64,000 bases of DNA, from assembly GCA_964372905.1 (NCBI GenBank), contig CAYJQY010000001.1:8777-72776 (forward strand). The letters are read 5' to 3'. The notes under the pieces were generated by a model. The model made no database searches. It saw only the letters and a list, made by a program, of their open reading frames with translations, and was not told where the DNA came from. This stretch comes from an uncultured Candidatus Saccharibacteria bacterium. GTDB taxonomy: Bacteria > Patescibacteriota > Doudnabacteria > UBA920. Of the stretch, positions 52,659-62,772 are shown piece after piece; the first letter of the stretch is position 1, and each line of letters opens with the position of its first letter. The translations under genes were made by a program, and so were the position numbers.

Positions 52659-53805
52659 AACTTCTTGCTGAATGGTTGGCCAACAACACTTCCTGGTAAA
52701 CAGCCAAAGTTTCTGTCGCGGTTTTGTCCCAGCTAAACACGTGGGCGCGGTGAAAGCTTTTCTCCTGCATCTTTTGATGAAACTGCGGATCGCGCGCCAG
52801 TAAATGAAAGCGCTCGGCAAGGTCGGACGGGTCTAAAGGGTCGAAATAAACGGCCGCGTCATCATAAACTTCATTGAACACGTCTGTATTGGAAGCCAGA
52901 ACGGGCAAGCCAAATTGCATGGCTTCTACCCCGGGCAGACCGAACCCTTCGTGAAGGGACGCGGTGACAAAAGCGTGGGCGCCTTGGTACAAGGCAGCTA
53001 GTTCATCATTCTCGACGAAACCCGTAAACACAAGCCGGTCGCGGTGCTTAATATCCAGCGCCTCGTGCTTGATTTCCGGATAATACTCATCGGGCTTGCC
53101 GGCAATCACCAGGTCAACGTCCATGTTGTATCGCTCAACAAATTCATCAAAACCGCGAGTCAGGCCGACAACATTTTTTTTGCGCTCCAGCGTGCCGACA
53201 AAGAGAAAATACGGCCGGGACAAAAAATATTTGCGCTTGACCTCGGTGACCCGGGCTTCTGTCGCCGGGGCCAGCGCCGGCGCCTCATAAATCACCCGGA
53301 TTTTTTCAGGCTCGATCCGCAAGTAATCTACGATATCTTGTTTGGACGCTTGAGTCACGGTAATAATTTTTTTTGCGCGCTCGGCTGCCTTTTGAATAAC
53401 ATATTTGTAGCCCTGGAAGTGAAGCCAGTGGCGGGGCTTATGGCCGCTGATTTTATGATGAACCAGGTCATGGATTGTAACTATATAGGGCCTGCGGTAG
53501 CGCACCGGCGCGTTGAAGTTCGGAAAATGAACCAGATCAAAATGATGGCGATTTAACAAGCGCAAAAAACCAGTTTGTTCAGCCAAAGAGTAATGACGGA
53601 TGCGGGTAGGAACTAAGGCGATGTTGGAAAGCTTTTCCAGCTCGGCCAGGTCAACTTCGTCCACGTTGCACTCGTTATAAAACACCGTAAACTCAACACT
53701 TGGGTCGGCCGCGGCCACGTGTTTGAGCAATTCAAAAACGTACCGGCCGATACCGGAATTAATACTCCCGCCCATCCGAAAATCAAAGCCGATACGCATA
53801 ATCAA
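52639..53805 (-). CDS. GT4-family (group 1) glycosyltransferase
   Basis: GT-B fold with EGFGLPGVEAM E-x7-E region. Confidence 0.75.
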   Translation of the reverse strand: MIMRIGFDFRMGGSINSGIGRYVFELLKHVAAADPSVEFTVFYNECNVDEVDLAELEKLSNIALVPTRIRHYSLAEQTGFLRLLNRHHFDLVHFPNFNAPVRYRRPYIVTIHDLVHHKISGHKPRHWLHFQGYKYVIQKAAERAKKIITVTQASKQDIVDYLRIEPEKIRVIYEAPALAPATEARVTEVKRKYFLSRPYFLFVGTLERKKNVVGLTRGFDEFVERYNMDVDLVIAGKPDEYYPEIKHEALDIKHRDRLVFTGFVENDELAALYQGAHAFVTASLHEGFGLPGVEAMQFGLPVLASNTDVFNEVYDDAAVYFDPLDPSDLAERFHLLARDPQFHQKMQEKSFHRAHVFSWDKTATETLAVYQEVLLANHSARSYAPEPD

Positions 53806-54913
53806 GCACTGCCTTAAAATCTTTCGCGGTGCGCTCCCAAGAAAACTGTTTGGCCCGCTCTAAACCGCGCTGAATTAATTTCTCTCGCAACTCATCATCC
53901 CCGAGAACGTCTTCAATCGCGCGGGCTAAATCGCTGCTGTCATGAGGGTTGACAAGCAACGCCGCCTGGCTCAACACTTCAGGCAAACTAGCCACCTGAC
54001 TGGCAATAACCGGGACGGCCAAAGCCATGGCTTCCAAGGGTTGAAAACCAAAGCCTTCATAAAAACTCGGGTAAATCAGAGCCCGGGCTAATTTCATGAT
54101 AAAGGGCTTGTCGGCAGCCGACACGTAGTCCAGATAGCTAATATAGCGCGCCCGCGGGCTCCGTTCAATGCTATCCAAAATACTGCGGTACTTCCACCCG
54201 CGCTTCCCGGCAATGACCAGATGAGTCGGGCGCGGCAACCGTTCCATGGCAGAAATAACCCCAGAAAGATTTTTCCGCGGCTCAATGGTATTAAGGAAAA
54301 GTATAAAATCGCCGGGCAAATTGTAGCGATTGCGCACGTCGCGCAGCTGCTCCACGGCCAAATCCGGATGGAACAGTTTATGGTCAATTCCCGGATGGAC
54401 CACGCGGATCTTTTCGGACGGGATCTCAAACAGTCGGACTATCTCATCTTTAGTAAATTGCGACACCGGGCAAATAACTGTGGCGCGCTCCAGCGTTCGG
54501 CGCACGTTCAGCAGTTTGTGCCACAACCGACCTTTAAAATTATACAATTCGGGAAACACAAACGGCGAAAGATCATGGACCGTAACCGCTAACTTGGTTT
54601 TAGGCGAAATACTAAATTGATTCAAATTCGGCAAAAACAGCAAATCAAAATCGCCGACCAGGCGCTCAAAGGTGGGCTGTCTTGTGAGCTTGAGCGACAA
54701 ATTAAGCAAACGGTTGGGAATGCGCCGCGCTACCAAGCGCGAATTGACAAAATGAAGCTGGCCGAAACTGCGCCGGCTAAAGCCGGTATAAAAAAGGGTA
54801 TACGTATTGGAGCGATCCAGCGGAATCAGATGCTCCAAAACATTAATAATGTAATTTTCCACTCCGCTGTATTCCTTAGAATGCAATGAACGGAGGTCAA
54901 CGACTATGTTCAT
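53783..54913 (-). CDS. GT4-family (group 1) glycosyltransferase
   Basis: YEGFGFQPLEAMALAVPVIAS motif of GT4 enzymes. Confidence 0.75.
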   Translation of the reverse strand: MNIVVDLRSLHSKEYSGVENYIINVLEHLIPLDRSNTYTLFYTGFSRRSFGQLHFVNSRLVARRIPNRLLNLSLKLTRQPTFERLVGDFDLLFLPNLNQFSISPKTKLAVTVHDLSPFVFPELYNFKGRLWHKLLNVRRTLERATVICPVSQFTKDEIVRLFEIPSEKIRVVHPGIDHKLFHPDLAVEQLRDVRNRYNLPGDFILFLNTIEPRKNLSGVISAMERLPRPTHLVIAGKRGWKYRSILDSIERSPRARYISYLDYVSAADKPFIMKLARALIYPSFYEGFGFQPLEAMALAVPVIASQVASLPEVLSQAALLVNPHDSSDLARAIEDVLGDDELREKLIQRGLERAKQFSWERTAKDFKAVLDYAYRL

Positions 54914-56094
54914 GCTTCACGACCTCCTGTCGGGGTCGTGTCCCGGTTCACCTCCGCTGGGTGCTCGGCTGCCGCCTGCGCGCCCAGCGGAGGGCCTCCA
55001 AACCGGGCCACCCCTCCGCTAAGCATTACTTGCTCGACGAAGCCCCTAATTTTTTTTATAAACTCATCTTTACTAAAAATGACTGCGTGATCCTGAAGTG
55101 CTTGCTGATTATAGCGCTTTTCGTCCCACTCGAGGAAATATTTTTTGATGATCCTGGGGTCGGCGCTGGGAAAAAGTTCGCCGGTTACACCCGGTATTAC
55201 CGTTTCCAAGGACCCTCCCTGGCCTAAGGCCAAAGTGGCCGTGCCGCAGGCCGCGGCTTCCAGCGGCATCAAACCAAAATCCTCTTTATGGGGATAGATG
55301 AAACCGCGCGCACCGCTGTACTCGTCGCGCAAAACTTCATCGGGAACGGGACCCAAAAATTTTATATTTGGCTTGGCCACCGCTTGCAAAAATTTTTCCC
55401 GCCGCCCGGTTCCCACCACGTGCAACTCCCAACCCAGTTCATTAAACAGCTCGACGATGAGTTGATTATCTTTATGGGCATGAAGACGGCCGCCGATCAA
55501 AAAATAATTTTGTTTGGCTCTGGTGGAATGCCAAAATCTGGTATCAACATAGGGATGAATAATTGTGCTTGGTTTGTGATAATAGCGTTCAATTCTTTGC
55601 TGCACCTCGCGGGAATTGGCAATAAAATGGTCAACGCGCTGGGCCGCGGCTAAATCCCAACGGCGCAGCCAGCGCAAAAAAAGTTTAGCGAGCGGGCGGA
55701 CTGGCCAGGACACTTCCTCATTTACGTAGCTTAAATCGGTCCAAAGAAAGCGCGTGGGCGTATGGCAATAACTGATGTGAACCGCGCCTTTGGGCACCTT
55801 CACGCCTTTTGCAAACGCCGAGCTTGACGATAAAACCACCTGGCAATCAGGCAAGCCTAAAGACCTTACGGCTGCGGGGATGAAAATCAGCCAATACTGC
55901 AGCCGGGGCAACAGATTATAAAAGCCCTGCAGCCAACTCGTGACCACGCGCCAATTTTGAAAACGTCCCGCAAGTCTACGATCAAGGACCAAAGTAAAAA
56001 GCGGCGCGTCGGGAAAGCACTCGCGCAGCGCCTCGAGCACGCGCTCCGCTCCCCCCAGCTGCGTTAACGAATCATGAACCAGAGCGATTTTCAT
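54910..56094 (-). CDS. GT4-family (group 1) glycosyltransferase
   Basis: GT-B fold, KEDFGLMPLEAAACG motif. Confidence 0.75.
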   Translation of the reverse strand: MKIALVHDSLTQLGGAERVLEALRECFPDAPLFTLVLDRRLAGRFQNWRVVTSWLQGFYNLLPRLQYWLIFIPAAVRSLGLPDCQVVLSSSSAFAKGVKVPKGAVHISYCHTPTRFLWTDLSYVNEEVSWPVRPLAKLFLRWLRRWDLAAAQRVDHFIANSREVQQRIERYYHKPSTIIHPYVDTRFWHSTRAKQNYFLIGGRLHAHKDNQLIVELFNELGWELHVVGTGRREKFLQAVAKPNIKFLGPVPDEVLRDEYSGARGFIYPHKEDFGLMPLEAAACGTATLALGQGGSLETVIPGVTGELFPSADPRIIKKYFLEWDEKRYNQQALQDHAVIFSKDEFIKKIRGFVEQVMLSGGVARFGGPPLGAQAAAEHPAEVNRDTTPTGGREA

Positions 56095-56107
56095 TTAGGT
56101 TATTTGC

Positions 56108-56194
56108 CGCTGCCTCGCCAGTTGCCCGCAAGTAGCAGAGTTGCGCGTATGGCTACAGGTAGCAATGCTACTTGCGCGGCAAGCTGGCTCGGCA
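56108..56194 (+). repeat. intergenic hairpin repeat element, copy E
   Basis: gctgcctcgccagttgcccgcaagtagcagagttgcgcgtatggctacaggtagcaatgctacttgcgcggcaagctggctcggcagc. Confidence 0.85.
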
Positions 56195-56206
56195 GCTAAA
56201 ACTTAG

Positions 56207-57688
56207 CTAATAATCCGCACTCGACTTTTCTCCAAAAAACAACATAACAAATGACTTAGCCAGAATGGTAACGTCCAGCCGCAAACTCCAGTTCTCAATA
56301 TAATAAGTGTTGAGCCGGATTTCCTCCTCAAAAGGCAGGTCCGGCCAGGTGACCTGCGCCAACTGCGACATGCCAAAAACTCCGGGCTTAATGGAAAACA
56401 TGCGGCGGTAGCGCGCGCGGTACTTTTCCACCTCGTCCAAGACATGGGCGCGCGGCCCCACCATGCTCATATCGCCGTTAAATACGTTCCAGAACTGCGG
56501 GATCTCGTCGAGCTTGGTGCGGCGCAAAAACCGGCCCACGCGGGTAACGCGCGGGTCGTCCTTTATCTTCAAGAACGGACTCTGCTCGCCGCCGCGGTCA
56601 TTTTTTTTCCACAATTCCTGGCGCACGCGGTTGGCCTGCTCGCCGCCGAAATCCTCGCCGACGCTTAAATGCGCGTACATCGTCCGAAATTTATAAAACC
56701 GAAAGTCTTCACCGTGCCCACCGCGCATCGCGTGATAAATTGCCGGCCCGCTACTGTCCAGCTTTATGGCCAGATAAATCAGGACAAACAGCGGCGAGGT
56801 AATAATCAAACAGACCGCACTAACCAGAATGTCCGTGGCGCGTTTGGCTACTTTTCCCCATCCGTCCAGGGGCGTATTTTTTAAACTGATAACCGGGACG
56901 CCGTAAAAATCATTAACTTCAATAGCATTGCGCTGAACTTCAAATAGATTAGGCGCAAAACTAAATTGCAGCCCCTTGTTGCGGGCGAATTCGACCAGAC
57001 GCAAGTTGCGCTCATCGGACAGAGCGGGGTTAGTCTGCAAAATTTCGTCAATCTGACTGTCGTTGTAAAGCTGCTGCAGTTCATCAAAAATATTTTCCGA
57101 ATAGGCCAATTCGCGGACCACGCGATAACCGTGGTTCTTATCATGCAGCATTGACTTAATAATTTTCGATTCCGGATTGCTGCCGTTAATAATGACTAAT
57201 TTATGAAGTCCCCGGCCGCGGCCAAATTGATAATTCTGGATTAGGCGCAAAATTGACCGGCCCAGCATCACAAAAATGATGCCCAAAACCCAACCGGCCA
57301 GAATAATGAAACGGGAAGGGAATAAAGATTGGTTAAAGAAAAACAAAACTATCACAACAAACAGTCCCAGCGATACCCCAATGACGACACGACCCAACTC
57401 CTGACTGAATTTTCTGGTGCCGCGCAAATTGTATAGGCCTAGGGCGGCAAAGGCCAAAAGAAGAAGCGGAATCACCAAGTAAACAATGCCCAAGAATTCG
57501 GGCAACTGCAACTGATAGATTACCGGCCCCACAAGGTTTAGGGAGTGCAGGCGCAAATAAAAAGAAGCGAGCCCTGCCGCACACAGCATCAGGGCATCAA
57601 CAGGCAAAGAAACGAGATTAAAAATAAGTTCGGTGCGTTTCATTTCGTAGATATCATTATACGATTTTCCGCACCATTTGGCAATCAA
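56207..57688 (-). CDS. undecaprenyl-phosphate sugar phosphotransferase (WbaP/bacterial sugar transferase family)
   Basis: C-terminal catalytic domain [20 protein letters not shown]...[29 protein letters not shown]. Possible later start at MKRTELIF (~57643). Confidence 0.8.
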   Translation of the reverse strand: MIAKWCGKSYNDIYEMKRTELIFNLVSLPVDALMLCAAGLASFYLRLHSLNLVGPVIYQLQLPEFLGIVYLVIPLLLLAFAALGLYNLRGTRKFSQELGRVVIGVSLGLFVVIVLFFFNQSLFPSRFIILAGWVLGIIFVMLGRSILRLIQNYQFGRGRGLHKLVIINGSNPESKIIKSMLHDKNHGYRVVRELAYSENIFDELQQLYNDSQIDEILQTNPALSDERNLRLVEFARNKGLQFSFAPNLFEVQRNAIEVNDFYGVPVISLKNTPLDGWGKVAKRATDILVSAVCLIITSPLFVLIYLAIKLDSSGPAIYHAMRGGHGEDFRFYKFRTMYAHLSVGEDFGGEQANRVRQELWKKNDRGGEQSPFLKIKDDPRVTRVGRFLRRTKLDEIPQFWNVFNGDMSMVGPRAHVLDEVEKYRARYRRMFSIKPGVFGMSQLAQVTWPDLPFEEEIRLNTYYIENWSLRLDVTILAKSFVMLFFGEKSSADY

Positions 57689-57788
57689 TTTGCTTCCGGG
57701 GCTACACTGATAGTGTATAACTCCTAAACGCTCGGCCTGGCTGGTTTGGGAACGGTAAAATCCGAATCAAATCAAATAAAAATTTGTA

Positions 57789-57814
57789 TCAAAAAATCCG
57801 CGCCATGGCGGATG
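57789..57814 (-). terminator. intrinsic terminator of rnpB
   Basis: Hairpin around the cgccatggcg palindrome (57796-57814), followed on the minus strand by TTTTTTGA. Confidence 0.5.
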
Positions 57815-57817
57815 CTT

Positions 57818-58190
57818 TGAGGCTCCAAGCAAACTCGTAAGCCGAATTCTGTTTTTAAATAATCATCTATCTGGGCGGGTCATTGCTGGCACGCTCGTCG
57901 CAGCCTACCTAACTTGGCTTTGCACTCAAGTAAGAGTTTTGCCGTTTCACCTCTGGCGTTGCCGTCAGAGTTCATCCCGCCATGCCTTGCGGCAAAAGCG
58001 GCATGCCTTAACCTTTCGGGTCGGGCGTCACTGTTCGCATCTCGCGGATTACTCCGGGCGGGTGTTACCCGCTACCTGCGTTGATATCTCTATAGAGGGT
58101 ATCAACCGAGTGTTCGGACTTTCCTCCCCTGACTGACTGCAATAATTTGCCGCCGGCCAGGAGCGATTATTCGATTTGCTTGAAGCCCAC
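57818..58190 (-). ncRNA. rnpB: RNase P RNA, bacterial type A
   Basis: The minus-strand read contains GGAGGAAAGUCCGAAC (P4 5' strand), AGGUAGCGGGUAACACCCGCC, GGUGAAACGG and GUAGGCUGC...GCCAGCAAUGACC...AGAUAGAUGAUUA...ACAGAAUUCGGCUUAC (P4 3' strand). These closely parallel the E. coli M1 RNA blocks. P1 is formed by GGGCUUCAAGCAAAUCG and CGAGUUUGCUUGGAGCCUC. Confidence 0.8.
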
Positions 58191-58254
58191 AAATATTATC
58201 AGTTTTCAGCGGCGGCGTCAAGACCGCGTGAGGCAGACCGCCATGGTCTGGTAG

Positions 58255-58539
58255 TCAGACTGCCCCATGGTCAGACTTCCCGCCAGGTTGCTTGTCCGGT
58301 TCCGCGTTGGTTTGAGGCCCGTTGTCGCGCTTTTCTTTGCCCCAATGCACACTATTCCAGGCCCGCTCGTGAAACACATAAAGAATGGTATTGGCTACGG
58401 TGGAAACGCCGATGACGCCGGCCGTAATATCCCAGCGGCGGGTGAGCGCGTAAACAATGGCGCCGTCGGAAATAATTATAAGCAAGCGGTAGGTTAGAGC
58501 CTTGACCAGCGAGCGGCTAATGTGTTCGTGGAAAACCAT
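58255..58539 (-). CDS. small 2-TM membrane protein, DUF2061-like
   Basis: 94 aa; LTYRLLIIISDG...VANTILYVFHERAWN pattern reminiscent of DUF2061. Confidence 0.4.
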   Translation of the reverse strand: MVFHEHISRSLVKALTYRLLIIISDGAIVYALTRRWDITAGVIGVSTVANTILYVFHERAWNSVHWGKEKRDNGPQTNAEPDKQPGGKSDHGAV

Positions 58540-58640
58540 AAGGTTTATTTTTTCTGTTTTTAATCTCCCTCACAAGCATACTAAAAAACAGCATATCGTG
58601 CCAACGGCCGGATAGCATGTTCATGAAAAGACATTGAAAT

Positions 58641-59075
58641 TTACTCATGCTTATTTAGCTTCAATCTTTCTTTCACATTTAAAAAAACCTGGTGTAGTAG
58701 TTCCTCATCAACTGCATTAACCCGTTCTCGTAACGCATTTAACAAGGAACCATAAGCCACACTACCGCTATGTTTAAGTATTTGTACAATAAGAGCTTCG
58801 TAGAAATTTACTTTCACGGCGGAAGTAAGTGCTCCGCGTTCCGCTACGGCTGTATGACCGTAAAGCTCCCGTAACTGATCGAAATTAGATGCCTGGAGTC
58901 GATCTAGTCTCTCTAATGTTTCAGGAATACTAGACGCATCAATAGTTTCGTCCAGCCTAACTTCCGGGTTGTAAATTTCTCCATTCATATACAGGGCAAG
59001 AAAATATCGATAAATTACGCCTAGCGCTTTTTCCATTCCGGCGCCAAAATCGCGTGCAACACTGTGTCGCGCCAT
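58641..59075 (-). CDS. hypothetical protein
   Basis: 144 aa, helical, lower GC than surroundings; no motif. Confidence 0.35.
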   Translation of the reverse strand: MARHSVARDFGAGMEKALGVIYRYFLALYMNGEIYNPEVRLDETIDASSIPETLERLDRLQASNFDQLRELYGHTAVAERGALTSAVKVNFYEALIVQILKHSGSVAYGSLLNALRERVNAVDEELLHQVFLNVKERLKLNKHE

Positions 59076-59590
59076 TTGCCGTAACGCAGGCGGCGATGCC
59101 GCAACACGCCTTCGCGCTTGAAACCGTTTTTCATAAGTACTTTTACCGAAGCCGGATTATCGGCGAACACGCCGGCGCGCACGCGGTGCAATTTAAGCTT
59201 ACGGAAGGCCAATTCAAGCATTAACCCTATCGCCTCGGTCATAAGGCCTTTGCCCCAAAATGGCTTGCCCAGCCAGTAGCCCAATTCGGCGCTTTGATTG
59301 GGCCAGTCAAAATCCTGAAAACCAATGACGCCGACTACCTCATCAAAACCCTTTACGGTAATTGCGTAATTAATGATCTTGTCCGCACGCTGCAAAGCCC
59401 AAGAATGCCGGATAAATTTTATAGCGCCGTTTTTCGGATAAGGATACGGAATGTGCAAGGTCCACCTGGTGATGTCGCGGTGCTTGACATAGCGATAAAT
59501 ACTAGGCGCGTCAGAGAGCTTTAGTTTTCGAAGTAAAACTTTTTTGCCGATAATTTGCTCGGGTAATTTTTTCAAGCTACCGGATTCCAT
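59021..59590 (-). CDS. GNAT-family N-acetyltransferase (RimJ/RimL-like)
   Basis: Acetyl-CoA binding core VVGVIGFQDFDWPNQSAELGYWLGKPFWGKGLMTEA. Start at internal MESGSL (the ORF-track start at 59725 overlaps the upstream gene). Confidence 0.75.
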   Translation of the reverse strand: MESGSLKKLPEQIIGKKVLLRKLKLSDAPSIYRYVKHRDITRWTLHIPYPYPKNGAIKFIRHSWALQRADKIINYAITVKGFDEVVGVIGFQDFDWPNQSAELGYWLGKPFWGKGLMTEAIGLMLELAFRKLKLHRVRAGVFADNPASVKVLMKNGFKREGVLRHRRLRYGKWRDTVLHAILAPEWKKR

Positions 59591-59592
59591 AA

Positions 59593-59973
59593 TTATTGCA
59601 GCAGTTGCTGAATGTCTTGCTGTCTGATTTGCTCGATTTGCTGTGGGGTCACGCCGGCCGTAGAGAATAGCGCTTTGATGAACAACCAAGTACCGATGAT
59701 AACGACGGCGGTTAGCACCAGGCACATCAAAGCTACGGATTTGCCGTCATCGCGGTCATCAAAAAAATAATATTTTACGGCGAAAAGCAAGCCAAAGGGC
59801 GGCACGAGCAAAGAAACCACATACGCCCTCGTTTTGGCCTTGCTGGAAATGCGGTTCTCGTCTTGCTTCTGCAGGGCGCTCATCATCAAACCGGCCACAT
59901 CAACATTTTTGTCCTGTTTGGCCAGTTCCTGATACTGTTCTAAAGTTTCGCTTAATTGTTTGTCTTCGTCCAT
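59593..59973 (-). CDS. hypothetical small membrane protein
   Basis: 126 aa, two TM helices, Q-rich C-terminus. Confidence 0.35.
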   Translation of the reverse strand: MDEDKQLSETLEQYQELAKQDKNVDVAGLMMSALQKQDENRISSKAKTRAYVVSLLVPPFGLLFAVKYYFFDDRDDGKSVALMCLVLTAVVIIGTWLFIKALFSTAGVTPQQIEQIRQQDIQQLLQ

Positions 59974-60018
59974 AATTTGATTAGATCGCGCTCTTTGTAT
60001 AACATTCTCAAAATATTG

Positions 60019-60606
60019 CTACCTTTTTTGATAATGCAGCAGCACTGCGCCGGCATCGTTCAGCTGTTTCATCTCTACTAATTTGAGGCGACGCAACTCG
60101 TACTCCAGGCCTGCCAACAGCGGCACGCCGGCGCCAAACAAAAACGGCTCAATGGTAATGTACCAATCATCAATCAAGCCGTGGTCGACAAAGTAACCGT
60201 AGGTGCGCGCGCCGCCGAGCAGGCCGACCTGTTGAAAATTTTGCCGGCGGCAAAACTCCACCACATCGGTTTGGCTGGGATTTATGAACCAGACATGGGG
60301 ATGGCGCTCTTCGACCCCCTGGGCGCTGCCGGTAAAGACAATAGTGTTGCGCTTCATCAGCGGCGCTTGGGCTGTCTCAAAAGTGTTGCGGCCCACCACC
60401 ACGGCCTGGCACTGCCGAAGCTGCTCGCGCATAAACTGCTTGTCCTCGGGCGAGGTCCAGTCGGAAAAATGTTTGGCGTCGCGGCCGATTTTGCCGTCAA
60501 TGCTAACGGCGACGATGGCCGCGAAACGGGGCCGGCTTGCGGCTGGCGCGCCTGCCTGCTTTAGTTCTTGCGTTTGCTGTCCGTTTTGTGCTGTATTTTC
60601 GTTCAT
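60019..60606 (-). CDS. RibD C-terminal domain / dihydrofolate-reductase-like reductase
   Basis: FAAIVAVSIDGKIG...VVGRNTFE...GGARTYGYFVDHGLIDDWYITIEP pattern of DHFR-like (bacterial bifunctional deaminase-reductase C-terminal) proteins. Start taken at internal MNENTAQ. Confidence 0.6.
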   Translation of the reverse strand: MNENTAQNGQQTQELKQAGAPAASRPRFAAIVAVSIDGKIGRDAKHFSDWTSPEDKQFMREQLRQCQAVVVGRNTFETAQAPLMKRNTIVFTGSAQGVEERHPHVWFINPSQTDVVEFCRRQNFQQVGLLGGARTYGYFVDHGLIDDWYITIEPFLFGAGVPLLAGLEYELRRLKLVEMKQLNDAGAVLLHYQKR

Positions 60607-61351
60607 ACAAATGCTTAAGAATAGGATAATACAAATCTTGTTTTGGCGCGATAGTAATTTTTTTGGCGCTTGGTATATCAACAAATTTGATAAACTTGGC
60701 GCCGCGCAGCACCAACAGCGGCGTGCGTTCGCTCCCCTCGCCCATCATCAGCACGGCCATGCTGGAAAGCACGTCAACAATGTTAGCGCGAGTATATTTC
60801 AAAGTACGCCCAAACACGTCCTTTTTGCCGCGATAATCGTAAAGCGGCTCGAGCCCGTAAAAACCCACTGAAATTCCGGTGACGCCGGCGCGCAACGGCT
60901 GGGTATGGCTATCCGTAGCCACCAACGCCAGCTTCTTTATTTTAAATTTATTTTTTAAATAACTGCGCAACTCTTTGAGCAAACCGTTAACGTTGCGCGG
61001 CCACAATACATAATAACCCCGCCCGTTGCTTTCATCAATCCCGGCCGAAGGAATAAGCGCGTGGTCTTTTATGGTGAGATAAAAATCGTGTTCCGCAACT
61101 TTGCTTGGCGGGAGCCAGGCCCTGGCTTCGCGTTTTATCAATTGAGTTTTCAATTTCTCCTGCGATTTTTTATCGATAGGAATTTTTACTGTTCGCGCTT
61201 GATGAATGGCTAAAATTTTAGAAGTTATGAATAACGCGTCGCCCTCGCGCAGGCGGCCGGCACGCGAACGCGCCAGCGATTCATCGAGCAAATCAAACAA
61301 ATTGTCCCGCGGCGGCCGAAAGGCGCGGGTCTTTATCGGAATAAATTCCAT
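60503..61351 (-). CDS. CofE-like (F420-0:gamma-glutamyl ligase family) protein
   Basis: LIPSAGIDESNGRGYYVLWP and overall ~250-aa core reminiscent of the F420_ligase family. Basic C-terminal tail overlaps the next gene. Tentative. Confidence 0.45.
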   Translation of the reverse strand: MEFIPIKTRAFRPPRDNLFDLLDESLARSRAGRLREGDALFITSKILAIHQARTVKIPIDKKSQEKLKTQLIKREARAWLPPSKVAEHDFYLTIKDHALIPSAGIDESNGRGYYVLWPRNVNGLLKELRSYLKNKFKIKKLALVATDSHTQPLRAGVTGISVGFYGLEPLYDYRGKKDVFGRTLKYTRANIVDVLSSMAVLMMGEGSERTPLLVLRGAKFIKFVDIPSAKKITIAPKQDLYYPILKHLYERKYSTKRTANARTKAGRRASRKPAPFRGHRRR

Positions 61352-61366
61352 TAGAAATCATTTAGT

Positions 61367-61456
61367 CGCCACCTCGCCAGTTGCCCGCAAGTAGCAGAGT
61401 TGCGCATATGTTTCTCGGTGCAAACATTACTTGCCGGGCAAGCTGGCCCGGCGGCG
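61367..61456 (+). repeat. intergenic hairpin repeat element, copy F
   Basis: gccacctcgccagttgcccgcaagtagcagagttgcgcatatgtttctcggtgcaaacattacttgccgggcaagctggcccggcggcg. Confidence 0.85.
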
Positions 61457-61463
61457 ATAAAAA

Positions 61464-62126
61464 TTATTCTTGCGCGCGCGGAACAGAAGCCTGTCGCTTC
61501 AGCCAGGCTTCCTTAATTGCCACGCCCGCCAAGTAAGTAACCGAAATTCCCGCGGCAAAAAGCAGGCGCTCAATGACTACTACCGGAATCAAGCCGATCC
61601 AAACCTCGCGCGGCATATTGAAAAACCAAATCCACAGCGCGCCGCCCACGGCGTGAGCAGCAAAAGTGGCGCCAAGCGCCCGCGCAACAACCCATCGATC
61701 CTGAAAGTAATACATTACCACAGGAATCAACCAGAACAGTGAAAAGTACCACACTGAACGCCCAACGGGATTAAGATTGAACAAAAAGATGGCCAGCAGC
61801 GGCACGGCAATGCTCCACTGGGTTTTCTTGGCGAAGTAAAAAGTCGCCATAAGAATCGGGAAAAAGCGGATGATGGTGCCCGCGTCCAGGGCCTTGGCTC
61901 CATGAGCAAAAAAGTTAGTAAATTCAGCTAGCGCTACGGCGATAAGTCCGGGCACGCCGCCCAAAAAACCGCCAATGGCCGGGGCAAATGCGTCAAAAAC
62001 CGTGAACTGGGCGCGCGAGCCGACCAGATGAGTTACCGGGAGCTGCAGAGCGATGAGCCCGAGTGCGGCAAAACCAAGTACCAAAAGAATTTGTCTTTTC
62101 CTGATCTTTATGGAACTGATTTTCAT
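61464..62126 (-). CDS. polytopic membrane protein (possible ECF-transporter S-component-like)
   Basis: 220 aa, ~6 TM helices; family assignment uncertain. Confidence 0.4.
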   Translation of the reverse strand: MKISSIKIRKRQILLVLGFAALGLIALQLPVTHLVGSRAQFTVFDAFAPAIGGFLGGVPGLIAVALAEFTNFFAHGAKALDAGTIIRFFPILMATFYFAKKTQWSIAVPLLAIFLFNLNPVGRSVWYFSLFWLIPVVMYYFQDRWVVARALGATFAAHAVGGALWIWFFNMPREVWIGLIPVVVIERLLFAAGISVTYLAGVAIKEAWLKRQASVPRAQE

Positions 62127-62181
62127 AGTTGGTGCAATATTAATTTTTAAAATTGTTGATAAGTCCTGTGAGGCGAAAATG

Positions 62182-62772
62182 TCACGCGAAAAATAACGAG
62201 ACGCCAGTCAGAACGATCGCCGCGCCTGCATAGCGAACAGCACGAGCGCCAAAATCTTTTGACATCAACGTACCTAAAACTATACCGCTCGCATGAAGCA
62301 AGGCAGTGGTTAAGACAAATCCTACACCATAAGCGAGGCCAGCCGCGGAAACAGACATTTCAGCGCCGTGGGCATGACCGTGGAAAACAGCAAACAAACC
62401 GACCAGCAAAGAAGCTGCTGCCAATGGCATACGCACTGCCGCGGCGATCAACACGCCTAATATTAAAACTGACGCTAGCACGCCGGTTTCAACAAAAGGT
62501 AAAGCAACACCAACTGCGCCCAAAATACCGCCAAGTGCCATCACCCCTCCAAAAGCCAATGGAATGGCCCAGATTGCCCTACCGCCATTTTGCTTAGCCC
62601 ACAATCCGACCCCAACCATTGCCAGAATGTGATCAAGTCCGCCCAAAGGGTGTAAAAAACCCTGCCAAAGGCCTGTGGTTTGACCGACGCCAACGTGAGC
62701 TTGGACTAGGCTGGGCATCAACGCCAGACCAATGGCTAAAAATGGCATAAATTTGAGTAATTTGTGTTTCAT
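62182..62772 (-). CDS. HupE/UreJ family metal (Ni/Co) transporter
   Basis: Signal peptide then HPLGGLDHILAMVGVGLWA and C-terminal FHGHAHG motifs. Confidence 0.75.
   Translation of the reverse strand: MKHKLLKFMPFLAIGLALMPSLVQAHVGVGQTTGLWQGFLHPLGGLDHILAMVGVGLWAKQNGGRAIWAIPLAFGGVMALGGILGAVGVALPFVETGVLASVLILGVLIAAAVRMPLAAASLLVGLFAVFHGHAHGAEMSVSAAGLAYGVGFVLTTALLHASGIVLGTLMSKDFGARAVRYAGAAIVLTGVSLFFA

Noticed and set aside
51474-52820. Long N-terminal extension of murG (ORF-track start 52820)
   Set aside because: The extension overlaps ~180 nt of the upstream GT gene and is basic and low-complexity. The conserved MurG G-loop begins shortly after the internal Met at 52658.
57939-58415. ORF-track calls 57939..58136(+) and 58176..58415(+)
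   Set aside because: They lie within or antisense to the RNase P RNA gene, which is confidently identified on the minus strand; no coding evidence.
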